A stretch of DNA of 64,000 nucleotides from Nemertoderma westbladi (GCA_032718475.1 JAUCBJ010009083.1:110353-174352), one strand, 5' to 3'. Positions 24,601 through 36,826 are shown, counted from the stretch's first letter. A program made the numbers and translations. The notes: generated by a model from the sequence alone, not told the origin.

Positions 24601-25844
24601 ACCCGAATAATTTGTTCTGTGGGTTCTGTATTGCCTAAGTCTGCGCTAGTTAGTTGTCTTCTAACAGCTGAGGGCAAATCAGGCAATTTGTGACGGTGAG
24701 ATGTTTTTCTACGCCTGCTTAGACGAGATCTATTTCCTCCGCCTTCAGGATCGGTGGTCTCGCCTTCCTCCGATGATGTGTATCCTTGGCGCTTGGGAGT
24801 AGATCGACTCCTCATCTGCATTTGACTAGCAGTTAACTGTATATTTATGCAGTCTTGCGTCTCTTGATGATTTTCCAACTTCAGTTGTGTGGTCTCTTCA
24901 GACGCTCTCTGTTCTGCTTCTGCCAATACCATTGCTGCTGCTGCTTTGGCTGCTTCCACTGCCGCTGCCGCTTTTGCTTCTGCCTCTTCCACTGCCGCTG
25001 CCGCTTTTGCCGCTGCTACTGCCTTTGCCGCTTCCACTGCCGCTGCCGCTTTTGCCGCTGCTACTGCCTTTGCCGCTTCCACTGCCGCTGCCGCTTTTGC
25101 CTCTTCCACTGCCGCTGCCGCTTTCGCCGCTGCTACTGCCTTTCTGTCCTCTATCCGTTTTTTCTTTACTTGTTCTTCTTGGACTCTAACGAAGCGGAGT
25201 TTTTCATCAAATTCAGCTTGGTTTGCAGCTAACATTTCCGCATCGATTGCGTCCAACACAAGCTTGGTTCCTTCACTATTAGGGCAAAGTCCAGACAGTC
25301 GTCTCCTCAACTCTTCGTCTCCTATGAATCGCTGATAGTCTGACAGATAGATGTCAATGGCGTCTCTCGTTCGCGGCTTCTCTGCTGCTGTTAATTCGCT
25401 TTCCACTTCGCTTTCCACCTCGCTTTCCACTTGAGAAGAAGTGGCGTCGGTTGATTCTTCATAGGTTGGCCGCTCATCATAAACCGTATCCGCCATCTTC
25501 GCTCCGCGTTCGGGCGTCCGCTCAACAGTATCCGAACTACTGGAGCTATCGGGCCGCTGAGAACTAGGTTCTTGGCTAGGAGGTTGCTGCTGTTTTATAG
25601 CTTCTTCTTGATCCCGCTTGACTTGGGCCCGAGTGCCTATGGCAGACCAACGGCGCTTTACTAACTTCGCAAATTGCGAAATCGCTCCTACCAACCTAGG
25701 TTCTGACACAACCACTGCAGGGGTTGCCCTTCTTACAGTATGAGGGGTTTCAGACCTCGGTCTGGGATTCTCTACACTTTGATCTGAGAAACAGGCTGTT
25801 GTTTCTAGGAGACTATCTGACAGAGTTTGCCTTGTGTCAGCCAT
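21618..25844 (-). pseudogene. BEL/Pao Gag-protease polyprotein, unit B; RT and integrase deleted; in-frame TAG at 22413-22415
   Basis: Close paralog of unit A with the same motifs and the same deletion. TGG(W) in unit A corresponds to TAG here, within the protease region. ORFs 22413-25844 and 21618-22379 are in the same frame. Confidence 0.92.
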
Positions 25845-27910
25845 GTTTGATTGTACAGTTGAATGCCTACTGCTATATTACAGTTAAAGCAAGTCTAGTA
25901 ATTCAGTATCACTGTTAGCCTAATAATTAATTACCGATACTGCTACTCAGTGTAGCGTGATATATATATAATATATTAGAATACCGGTATGCTTATAGTA
26001 TATATATAAGTATTATTACAGACTAGATTTGTCACAGAGTACCGGTATATAATTTTAGCACAAATATATATAAATATATAATAGGCCTATCGTGAATACC
26101 GGTATACAGCCTACACTTATAGTATATAAGTATAATTCTGGACTATAATTAATTACAGAGTACCGGTATGATTTCAGCACAAATTTATAGAAATAAATAT
26201 AATAAGCCTATGGTAAATACCGGTATGTCAATTATTTTAAAATAATTGAATTTCTGAATGTTAGGGGTTACTTGGTTACTTTACTTACTTTATTACCGTT
26301 ATTTGAGCAGCAGTCCAACTGATATTAAGACCTAAGTGTTGTATAACAGGCCTACTATTTTATTAATAGATTTAGTGGATTTATATGTACCCGTATGAGG
26401 GGTTTTGTTACAATATTGAAATAGATGTTACTATTTCTGGGAAGTAATCACTACACAAAAGCTGTGCGCTCTCAGTGAAGTGCTACTTATTAGACACTAA
26501 AACAGATAATTCTAATTTACCTAAGTTACTTAATACTACAAATTACTTACGATACGGGTGAGATTAATTCTCTAATTAAACACAACAAAAATATTACGTA
26601 CAAAATTTTAGGGTAATTTTACAGGAAGTCTACAAACCAGCCTAACAAAGGGTTAGATTTCTGGTTATTACAACGGACAGGGTACTACGGTATTTGAAAT
26701 AATAAGTAGTAGTAAATACACTGCGTTGTCCAGATAGGAAAATACCACCGCCTGACGACCTATAACCGTATCGCTATAGGTACTACGTTATGTATCACGG
26801 AGTGTTCCTACCTAGAAGTTAATTACCGCGGACTACCAGATCCAGCGTGCCTATTAACCACTTTACAACACAAATATACTGCCTACACACTAATTACTTC
26901 GGAAAGCACTGTACACTAAACCCTAAATTAGGTACAAGTACTGGTACAACAAATAATCAGTAGTTAAATATACTTGAACAGTTAAAAGAACCACGGCATC
27001 TGCTGGAGTGACCAGAGCACAAAGTCACCAGTCTTGTCCTACGCCAAGCAGCCCGTGTAGTACCGGGGTTAATTTAACTATAACGGTATGTATAACAAAC
27101 ACAATTACTGTAGGAATAAACTTGGGGACATGAATGTTGCGAATAATCGCATAAACTCTGAATAATAAATATTACGCTACCCGTACAGAATACTCAAACA
27201 AAATACAGACCAAACGCTGGCAGACTACCACCAAGCCTAAATAAACTACTGTATGTGCAGATTCCAAAACGGTTAGTTAGTATGCGTTCTAACACGGTAG
27301 TACGACTTATTCTTTAAGAGGGGATTGACCTTACAGTTATGACTGCCCCAACTTACTAACTGGCACTTTATCAGACAAACTCTACACAAGCAGCAATCTC
27401 TTCAGACCTAATAATAGCTAGACAACAATCCAGCCTACAAAATATCTGAGTAATAACTATTACGGTATCTGAACAGACCACACAAACAAACACAAGCCAA
27501 AACGCTGGCAGAATACTGTCAAGCCTAAATAAACTACAGTATGTGCAGATTCCAAAATTGTTAGTTAGTATGCGTTCTAACACGGCAGTACGACTTATTC
27601 TTTAAGAGGGGATTGACCTTACAGCGATGGCTGCCCCAACTTACTAACTGGCACTCTATCGGACAAACTCTACACACGCCGTAATCTCTCCAAACCCAAC
27701 AACAATCCGACAACAGTCCGACCTACAATTATCTGAACAATCTGAGCAGACTTACACGTCTTCAGCTCAATATTAACTTACATGTAAATAAAACCGACAG
27801 AAATGAGTAAAATCTCAATAAAAAACCAGGGCTGCAGTCCCTGATTAAATACTAAGACCTACCAGTATACAATAATCAAAATCGAATAATACTAATGTAC
27901 TTATACTGGA

Positions 27911-28035
27911 AGTACCGGTTAGGACAGTTGGGCCTACGGACCTACAGAAGTACCGGTTCTGGCAGTTGGACCTACGGACCTACAGCAGTACCGGTTCTGG
28001 CAGTTGGGCCTACTGACCTACAGAAGTACCGGTTC
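27911..28035. repeat. 38-bp tandem repeat in the leader of unit B (3+ copies; 1+ copy in unit A near 19020)
   Basis: AGTACCGGTT(AGGA/CTGG)CAGTTGGGCCTACGGACCTACAG(A/C) starting at 27911, 27949 and 27987. Confidence 0.85.
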
Positions 28036-28089
28036 AGGTTTACCGGTTGACCGGTACTTTCAACTTTATTACTTACTGCAATAAAGTCA

Positions 28090-28100
28090 ATGACTGTTAT
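28090..28100 (-). other. Non-tRNA primer-binding site complementary to LTR 28864-28874 (self-priming candidate)
   Basis: Plus-strand ATGACTGTTAT at 28090-28100 is the exact reverse complement of ATAACAGTCAT at 28864-28874. The equivalent pair in unit A is 19112-19123 / 19863-19874. Confidence 0.75.
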
Positions 28101-29378
28101 TGTACGCGCTTTTGAAGACCTTTAGCAGTTTAACCTGCCAAAATTTATATGTCTTTTGGTTTATAAATATACTTTAGAAGATGACAAATATTTAATACCA
28201 ATAAACACAACATTAGCAGAAGCCAGCCTAGTGCGCGTCCATTCACCCGCTGGATAATCCCAGGAGACTGGATTCTGAGGGCTTAAATTATTATTGCAGT
28301 GAAGCTTACGGTATTGTATTATTCGATTGATCGTTAATAATTAATTTCTGACTAATATTATTTACTTTCGGGAAATATTAACAGTTCCTTTAGGACGTGG
28401 CGCTCTATCTAAGTAAACAGAGATATGACTTATACTAATCACAACGGCAAGTCGGTAAGGCTTATGATTCACGTATGAGGCGCATTCTTTAGGAAATGCT
28501 TAGTTATCCATCACAATCATGCACACTACCGGTAACACACAATAGGCCTACTGCCCACTAATTTGCTGACCGTCAATGATTTTTATCATATATAAAGAGA
28601 ACAGCAACGGACCAATGTAGTGCTTATCAAATAGCATTAAATTCACTACAAACCACAACAATATAAGTCGCAATCGCTATATATAACCCGCCTCTCTAAC
28701 CTGTAGTGTATCAAGAAAATTGGGAAATTTGGGTTCTTTATATATGTTCTCCAAATAATATTCAACCAAAACACAACAGTAAACAGCATTAAGACGGTAA
28801 GCTAAGATATGATATGACAAGATGTGAACAAAGTATTGTTATGCATTGATATGAATCGTATTGATAACAGTCATACGCTCTATAATTTAAGCCTACTAAT
28901 GTTTCTTATAAAAGTATGAAAACGAATTGACTCTAGAGCCGTTGTTCCTGGCCTAGATAGCAATAACAACAAAGTATCAAGTAAAAAAAACAGTAAGACT
29001 GAACACACTCCTTATGATCGACCGAAAAGCTACACGTCGACAGGAAAAATCGCTCTGATTGGCTCAAGCCAAACAAAGAACCATGCGTCCAATGGCTGTT
29101 TCCATGTCAGCAACCAGCTGTTAGATGTCGTAATATGAATCATCACGGCTAAGCTATGAAAGGTATTTGCCGCATTGCAGGTTTTTTGTCTTACCATGTC
29201 CGCTAAAACACGTATATAGCAGAATGACTTTTATGTCCGTTAAAACACCTGTAACGGTACCTTGAGGGCGAGGGGAATATTTATACAGTTAGAGAACCTT
29301 TTTAGAGTATTCCAGCGCCTGGGGGGAAACTGGATTGCGAAGCAAAGGGCCCAGTTATATCCCACAGAAGCTTTTACA
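28101..29378 (-). repeat. 5' LTR (type I), 1278 bp
   Basis: Near-identical to 8497-9773. CCAAT boxes at about 29055-29095. TATAAG on the minus strand at 28905-28910. Confidence 0.95.
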
Positions 29379-30039
29379 ATATGGCATTTTGAAACCAGCT
29401 GATGGCGTTGCTTGGTACCCAGTTTAAAACCAATCAGGAAATAGTGATTCTAGTAATTTTAACGGCTCCTTAAAATTACAACCCCTCCCCAAACTATCGT
29501 TCCCTAAAGATTATTGCGGAGAACCCCCCCCCCCCCCCCCCCCCTGATTTCTTACTGCACTCTTACTGTACTTTCTTATGTATTCTTTATTTATATTTCT
29601 TATTAATAAGTTAAGTTAAATCCTTATTGTCAGGAGCTTTCGCCCCCATTCGTTATGCGATTTAACGGACACCATCAAACAAATTATTAAAATCAAAATA
29701 ATAATATTAAGATGAGGAGTATAAGATGTATATAATATAAGATGGGAGTATATTTCAACGAATCACAAAATAATATTGAACTGTAATTTATAATATATAG
29801 TATTCGCTATAAAAAGTGATATGATTGATACACCATGACCATACACCATATAGTCTCATTTTCTGATGACACCGCCCCCCACCCACAATTTGTATACGTA
29901 AATCTTTAACATATAGCTTGGAATATGGATCTGCGCTTGGATCTATGTCCCCATGAAGCCAAACTTTTTGATTTCACCTTTAAACTTTTAAGCGTATTAA
30001 AAAAGTGTATTTTGCGTAATCGAACACTCCGTATCATTG

Positions 30040-30525
30040 TCATTCTTCACATTAGTCGTAATTTGTTTCATACAGTATCATTTGAAACCTTGCGTTGCAA
30101 GAATTCGAAATATGTAACAATGTTTGAATTTCGTTGAGAAACAGCTGAGATATATATATATGGGATATATATACAAGGATTGCAAGAATTATCGTTCGAT
30201 GGAGGCCATTTATTCTATTTAATAAATACCGGTACACAATGTTCTGGAACATTTGTTTATGAAAGAATAGCTACGCAATGGTGATATTGTATTGACATAC
30301 CGCTGTTGCCCACCAACTCAAAAAAAATATAACACGTTCTAGAATTTTGTGTATTTATTAAATAGAATAAATGGCCTTCAGCGAACAATAATTCTTGCAA
30401 TCTTTGAACGCCTATATCTCAGCTGTTTCTCAACGAAATTTAGATATTGTTACATATTTCGAATCCTTCAACGGAAGCTTTTTAATGATATGAAAAAATT
30501 ACGACTAATGTGAAGAATGGCGAGG
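30040..30525. mobile_element. Inverted pair of a dispersed repeat (family also at 63380-64000)
   Basis: 30040-30250 is the reverse complement of 30335-30520. The core TATCTCAGCTGTTTCTCAACGAAATTC...TTGTTACATATTT recurs at about 63450 and 63890. Confidence 0.7.
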
Positions 30526-31379
30526 GAAATAACAAAACGAGGGCCGTAAAACCTTTAAAGTGCTAATTATAACTCTTTAACTATATATATAGAACTAACT
30601 ATATATAACTATAACTCTATAACTCTATTTATACTCATCACATAGGGCTATAGATTGACGCATAAAATATTTAAAGTTGAATAATTATTTAAATATAAGT
30701 TACGGCGTATAATAGAACTAATTAACAAAAAATATTTTCGTTCCCTTATTTAGGATTAGGAGACTTCGTTTTACCAAATTTCTTGACATTTGGTACTTAT
30801 GTATAGAATCTGTGGACATAAAATTTTCAAAAAAAAGTTTTCGAAATTTTTAATTTTTAACCTAATTAACATACTGTAATTTATGCAATTATTTTTTAAA
30901 ATGCAAAGGCTTTTAGAGGGATGGTCATTAAATGGCCAAAATTTCATCATTTCTGCACAATGATATCGTGAATCGATCCTATTACAGTAGGTCAGAATTT
31001 TGCTAAATGCTTCTGTTTAAAAATTATTAAAAAAAACAATTCTTTGCAGGATTTTTGAAAGATTTCGCCATTTTTGGCCAAAAATTTACACATTTTGTTA
31101 AATATTTCAGCTATAACCAAAAAATTAAAATAAAGTGGTAATAGGGGGTGTTAAGCATCACCCAATCATCATTCATGGCAAATTTTACAAGAATTTGTAA
31201 ATTTTTAGAAAAGTCTTTGCCTTTTGAAATTTAAAATTGGCATTCTTCAGAAAAAGCATATAAAGTCTATATGCTTAGGGTAATTATTCTTTCCAATGAA
31301 ATGTTAGAATGCACACAGCCCCGCTGAAAATTTTGTTGCAATGGTTTTCCGGGTCGGTGATTTTATTTACTCATTTGAC

Positions 31380-32000
31380 AGAGTCATGTCTGTCTGTCAT
31401 TGCTGTCTGTCTGTCCGTCAAAATATACCCGACAGCTGAACAGAGAAACAGACAATGTGGATGACATCAAACACGAAAACTGACATCAGAAATGAAATCA
31501 TCAACCATGAAAACCCCTATAACAAAATTTTTAGCTAGTTGGTATGCATTCCTATTACTTTGACAGACAGATAGACATACAGACATATGTAGTAGGTTTT
31601 GTTAAAAGTGAAAACTGACGTCCGAAATGAAATCAGCAACCAGGATAACCCCATAACAAAACTTGTGTCTAGTTAGAATGCTCTCCTTATATTTTTCGGA
31701 GATACAGACAGACCGACAATCAGACATAATAGACTTGACAAAAAATTTAAACTGTCTTCGGAAATGAATTCAGCGACCAAAAAACCACAACAAAGAAGTT
31801 TTAGCTAGGTGGTATGATGTCCTTATAATTTGACAGACAGATCGTCGGACAGACTGACATACAGAACAGACATAGAGAAATAATAGTTTTCATTAAAAGT
31901 GAAAAAAAATGACGTTTGGAATGAAATCAGCGACCAGGAAATCCCCCACTTTTTATTATATTTTGACAGACAAACCGCCAGAAACACAATCCCAGACAGA
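31380..32000. repeat. Degenerate ~140-bp subrepeats with (GACA)n tracts, Helentron/HINE-like non-autonomous element
   Basis: The motif GAAATGAAATCAGCAACCA...ACAAAA...TTAGCTAG...TGACAGACAG recurs 4 times. A reverse-orientation relative lies near 53985-54230. Class assignment is inference. Confidence 0.5.
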
Positions 32001-32270
32001 CAGTTTTCACAGACATTTACGCAGAGTAAGGTTAACATTATCACACATAACTTTAGCTACACTCACTACACTACATTTCCGGATCCATGATCCCAATAAG
32101 TAGCAGAAATCGTCCACCTGATCAAGAAAGCCATCCCTGCAGTTTATATCCTTACGACGAAACATTTCTTGAGGGCTGTCAAAGGATCACTGTCAACATT
32201 TTGGCCTTCTTGGAGTTTATAAAACAACAACACTAGGTTGCAACCTACTCCAATGAGTGACAGAGGAGCC

Positions 32271-33240
32271 TTTAACCCTATTACCACTGGGTTGTTTTGA
32301 CCATTACCACCACTGGGGGGGGGGGGGGGGGGGAGGGGGGCGATTCGGCCCACCCACTATATTTTTGTAATCGTCCAATGAAATCGTACAAAATTCGGGT
32401 CGTTGGTGAAACAAGTATAGATGAACACTACCAAACCTTAAAAAGTTAAAATTTCATATGCAGGGACTCATAATTTTGATGAAAAATAAAAGTAGTCCCA
32501 GGACAAAATTACAAAATTTTTCGTTTTCTAAAAACTAATAGTGTGGCAGTGTTGGCTAGATTTAGATTCCATTTCCAAAAATTGAAGTGGATGCTATTTT
32601 TCGTGCACCTAAGAAGTGGGCGTGGCACTTCAAATTTTGAAAAATTAGATATTCAGAAAATGCCCCTAATTTTGGTGCACCGAAAATTACGTACACCAAA
32701 GATTTGAGGCTTCTATATTACTGTACTTTCAATCGATTCAGCGCTCCAGAAAACCTATAAAAATGATTTGAAATCAAAACTTTAGTGTATTTTCCGAATC
32801 TTGTATTTTTCAAAATTTGAAGTGCCACGCCCTAATTTTGGTGCACCAAATTGGCAAACCATTAAGTCTTCAGGCTTCTTTCTATATTACTTTCAATCGA
32901 TTCAGCGCTCCAGAAAACCAATAAAAATGCTTCGAAATCAAAACTTTAGTAAATTTTCCGAATAAAGTAATTTCGAAATTTTAAAGTGCCACGCCCTAAT
33001 TTTGGTGCTCCAAAAATGACGTACCACTATACTTACATATTTGTATAGAGCATTAGAGTGATCCAAACCAATAAAAATAAATAAAAATAGCCCAAACATA
33101 AATAATTACTAAATCACGAATGACTTTGTAAAATTCGAAAATTTCAAAAAATTTGGTGCTGGAGACCAAATTTTGAGGTGGCACCCACATCGAAAAGTAG
33201 AAATCCAATTGCAACGTCCTTTTTTGCAAAAGATGCGGCA
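32271..33240. mobile_element. Non-autonomous DNA element with internal ~165-bp direct repeats
   Basis: Starts TTAACCCT (piggyBac-like end). AAGTGCCACGCCCTAATTTTGGTGC and TTTCAATCGATTCAGCGCTCCAGAAAACC are repeated. No matching right end was found. Confidence 0.45.
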
Positions 33241-34599
33241 TTAAATTTGGCTAATTCTCAATAAAAATTGGGCCGGTACGTAATGTGGTTGCATAGTTAC
33301 AGCAACTAAAAACTAGCATCCCATTTTTATTAAGATGGTCTAAGGACATGCATAGAATATAATTAACCACAATTTACGAATAAGAATGGTGTAAGTGTGT
33401 CACCCTGGAGGACTCCCAATAAGACTTCGAATGGATCTGTGTCACCGTCAGCAGAAGACACAAATGTGATGGAACCACCGTACAGTGATCTGATAGGTGC
33501 AATAATTTCCTCAGCAGTCCCATATTTATATCATTAGAAGATAAGAACCAGTGTTTGCTACAGTACCTTTACAACATCGAGAGCCTGGAAAACTGAGATT
33601 TCATGGTCAAGTCTCGACAACATTTTGTCACGGGCTTTTATACGGAAATTTAGTATTATGTCCATCAAGTTAAGTTATTAGGGGTCTGCACCCGAACACG
33701 CAGTATACATTTTTGTTACGGCGTATAGTAGGTTTCAATTCTCTTAAAATCACGAACCAACCACGATTATGGGGCATATAGTGTACACTACTCAGAAGAA
33801 AAGATTCAAATACTTGGCGTTAGCAGTTTATTATTTGCACATACAATACTAAATTTACTGGTTGCTTCTTCACATTTATGTAATTGTACTTCACACTTAC
33901 CATTTTCGGGGTGGGGGGATCCTTGCTTTGCGGATCAATTTTACCATTCGATCGAGTTAAATGAAAATAATAAACGAGATTTGATTGGATAACTACTTTA
34001 TTGTCCACACCTTTGGTGGCAATAAAGTGGATATTTTGAAGAAAAACAATTTCTACTCACGCACCGTCACACGAAAAATTAAAATTTGTAACATTTCTAC
34101 GAGAATCTCTAAAATGTAGGCCTAGGCGTACTATATTAGATTTTTTAATATTTATGGACATTTTCCAGTTAAATAGGCAATCTAATAAGAGTTGTACCTA
34201 AGTTTTGTAAACTTCACCGAGTAATACCAAAATACAACACAATCGGCATTACTAGAATAGAGTAGGCCTATACAGTACAAGATCATTAATTTTTACACCA
34301 AGCTTAATAAATTGATAGAAGCCTTGATTTCGTCTATTAAACTATTAAATATATTAAGTTCGAGAAAATAGTGTCACCTTGCCTGACTCCGGTTATGCGT
34401 TTCAAACAAGGTTTGTTCGGTAGTTATTCCCCATAACTGAGGCCAACTTCCAAGTATACACGTTCGTGGGGCTGAGTTATGAGATACAAATTAAAACGAC
34501 ACACCGCACCGATTGAGTTAGTGGTACCCGTATGCTAACCTCGCTTACTTTCGTGGCTCGCCCCACATTGCTTTAATACACCTGTAAATATTCCCCCCG

Positions 34600-35390
34600 A
34601 TTACATTTGATAGTAAATCATAAAGTAACAAATCCCTGTCTACTCAGTCGAATGCTTTAGAAAAGTCAACGAAAAGCTGCAAAAGTAGGTTTACCACTAT
34701 CTAAACTAGTTTTTAAAATTGAATGTAGCAAGTAAATTGTGGTCTTCACAAGAACGACCCCCTTTTTTTTTTTTTTTATAGCTACACCCCGTGTCGGGGT
34801 AAAAGTTTTATTTCATAATTAATTGATAAAATATAAATAAAAAATAAGAATTAATATAACTCAATAAAAGTAATTTATAATAGCGTATCCCAGTAATATA
34901 TGTCACATCTTGGCCAGGTCGGATAGTGAAGGGCAGAGTTGACATGCTAAAGCGTGGTAGAACGACCCCCTTTACACCCATTCACAAGATTCAGGGACCA
35001 ACCAAACTGATAAAAATTGCCAACAAATCGACTAGCAGATTTAATAAAGCCTCCTGTTTCAAAACTTCATTGGGGATTCTTCATTGTCCGGTCTGATGGC
35101 TTTGTTGGATTTTAACTGATCGCTTTTATCACTTCGTCCTCGGCACTCATTCAAGTTGTTCCGGTCTGTATCATCAGTGTGACTAACTTCCGTATTAATA
35201 TCACGGCTGGGGTGGTTATCAGGTTTTTGATCTCTTCTTTCTCGGTGTTTAGAACTCCACCGTATTAAATACGGTTAAATTTTGGTTTCCAGGTCCTCTA
35301 CGCATTTTCTAGAATGCCATTTGTAATGTTGTTTTTTTCGCCAAGTACGATTAAATTTATCTGAAGTTTCGCACCCAAGAAGGTCAGCGT
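34600..35390 (-). pseudogene. Degenerate LINE reverse transcriptase fragment
   Basis: The minus strand at about 34640-34680 translates LFVDFSKAFD*VDR. Upstream is the pre-RT-like 'EDEVIKAI'. Heavily disrupted. Confidence 0.6.
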
Positions 35391-35454
35391 GCGATTTCTC
35401 GGGGGTTATAAACACTGAAATTTCAAATTCAAATTTCTTTCAAATTTCAAATTA

Positions 35455-36645
35455 CTTTCAAATTGACAGTTTAACATGTCATTTTGTCAAAATGTCACTT
35501 TCAAATTGACATTTTGACATGTCATTTTGCCAAAATGTCATTTTCAAGTTGACATTTTGACATGCTATTTTGTCAAAATATAATTTTCAAATTGACATTT
35601 TGACATGTCATTTTGCCAAAATGTCATTTTCAAGTTGACATTTCGACATGCCATTTTGTCAAAATGTCATTTTCAAATTGACATGTCATTTTGCTAAAAT
35701 GTCACTTTCGAATTGACATTTTGTCATGTCATTTTGTCAAAATGTCACTTTCGAATAGACATTTTGACATGTCATTTTGTCAAAATGACATTTTCAAATT
35801 GACATTTTGACATGTCATTTTGCCAAAATGTCACTCTCAAATTGACATTTTGACATGTCATTTTGCCAAAATGTCACTTTCGAATTGACATTTTGTCATG
35901 TCATTTTGTCAAAATGTCACTTTCGAATTGACATTTTGACATGTCATTTTGACAAAATGTCATTTTCAAATTTACATTTTCTCATGTCATTTTGCCAAAT
36001 GTCACTTTCGAATTGGCATTTTGACATGTCATTGTGTCAAAATGTCACTTTCGAATTGACACTTTGACATGTCATTTTGTCAAAATGTCACTTTAAAATT
36101 GACACTTTGACATGTCTTTTTGTGAAAGTGTCACTTTCAAATTGACATTTTGACATGTTATTTTGACAAAATCTCACTTTCAAATTGACATTTTGACATG
36201 TCATTTTGCCAAAATGTTACTTTCGAATTGACATTTTCTCATGTCATTTCGCCAAAATGTCACTTTCGAAGTGACATTTTGACATGTCATTTTGCCAAAA
36301 TTTCACTTTCGAACTGACATTTTGACATGTCATTTTGCCAAAATGTCATTGTGTCAATATGTCACTTTAAAATTGACAGTTTAACATGTCATTTTGTCAA
36401 AATGTCACTTTCAAATTGACATTTTGACATGTCATTTTGACAAAATGTCATTTTCAAATTGACATTTTGACATGTCATTCTGCCAAAATGTCACTTTCGA
36501 ATTGACATTTTGTAATGTCATTTTGCCAAATGTCACTTTCGAATTGACATGTCATTTTGCCAAAATGTCAATATGTCGCTTTCAAATTGACAGTTTAACA
36601 TGTCATTTTGTGAAATGTCACTTTCGAATTGACATTTTGACATGT
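35455..36645. repeat. 43-bp palindromic minisatellite, about 28 copies
   Basis: Unit approximately TTCAAATTGACATTTTGACATGTCATTTTGCCAAAATGTCACT. Period 43 (35502, 35545, 35588). Confidence 0.95.
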
Positions 36646-36826
36646 GACGATCTCCAGGCAGTTTAGTACTTTAATGTTGCGATTCCCAGGCAGTTTAGTA
36701 TTTTAATTTTGCGATTCCCAGGCAGTTTAGTACTTTAATGTTGCGATTCCCAGGGAGTTTAGTACTTTAATGTTGCGATTCCCAGGCAGTTTAGTACTTT
36801 AATGTTGCGATTCCATTTAGTACTTT
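36646..36826. repeat. 32-bp tandem repeat, about 5.5 copies
   Basis: (GCGATTCCCAGGCAGTTTAGTACTTTAATGTT)n directly abutting the 43-bp array. Confidence 0.92.

Larger units (their letters stand above)
8497..29378 (-). mobile_element. Three-LTR composite non-autonomous BEL/Pao LTR retrotransposon
   Basis: Outer LTRs (TG...CA) are almost identical. The 5-bp TSD ATATG (8492-8496 and 29379-29383) is confirmed by the uninterrupted TIR copy at about 6921-6950. Two gag-protease units flank a diverged middle LTR. Confidence 0.93.
6844..29470. mobile_element. Non-autonomous Mutator-like (MULE/MITE) element, about 1.75 kb without the nested LTR element
   Basis: TIR of about 180 bp (6844-7025) is the reverse complement of 8390-8496 joined to 29379-29470. 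Ends are AGGAGCC...GGCTCCT. The 9-bp TSD TAAAATTAC is at 6835-6843 and 29471-29479. Confidence 0.8.

Noticed and set aside
24855-25335. Plus-strand Cys/Arg-, Leu/Pro- and Ala-rich ORFs (also 16127-16456)
   Set aside because: Antisense shadows of the Ala-rich Gag repeat.
28070-28100. Canonical tRNA primer-binding site
   Set aside because: No TGG-initiated sequence lies within the bases following either 5' LTR on the element strand.
35120-35200. CTGATGA...GAA on the minus strand as a hammerhead ribozyme
   Set aside because: No stem II or GAAA core geometry; it lies within a LINE coding remnant.
35455-36826. CRISPR-like appearance of the 43-bp and 32-bp arrays; ORFs 35855-36067 and 36472-36666
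   Set aside because: Head-to-tail repeats with no unique spacers, no cas genes and a eukaryotic context. The ORFs are repeat translations.
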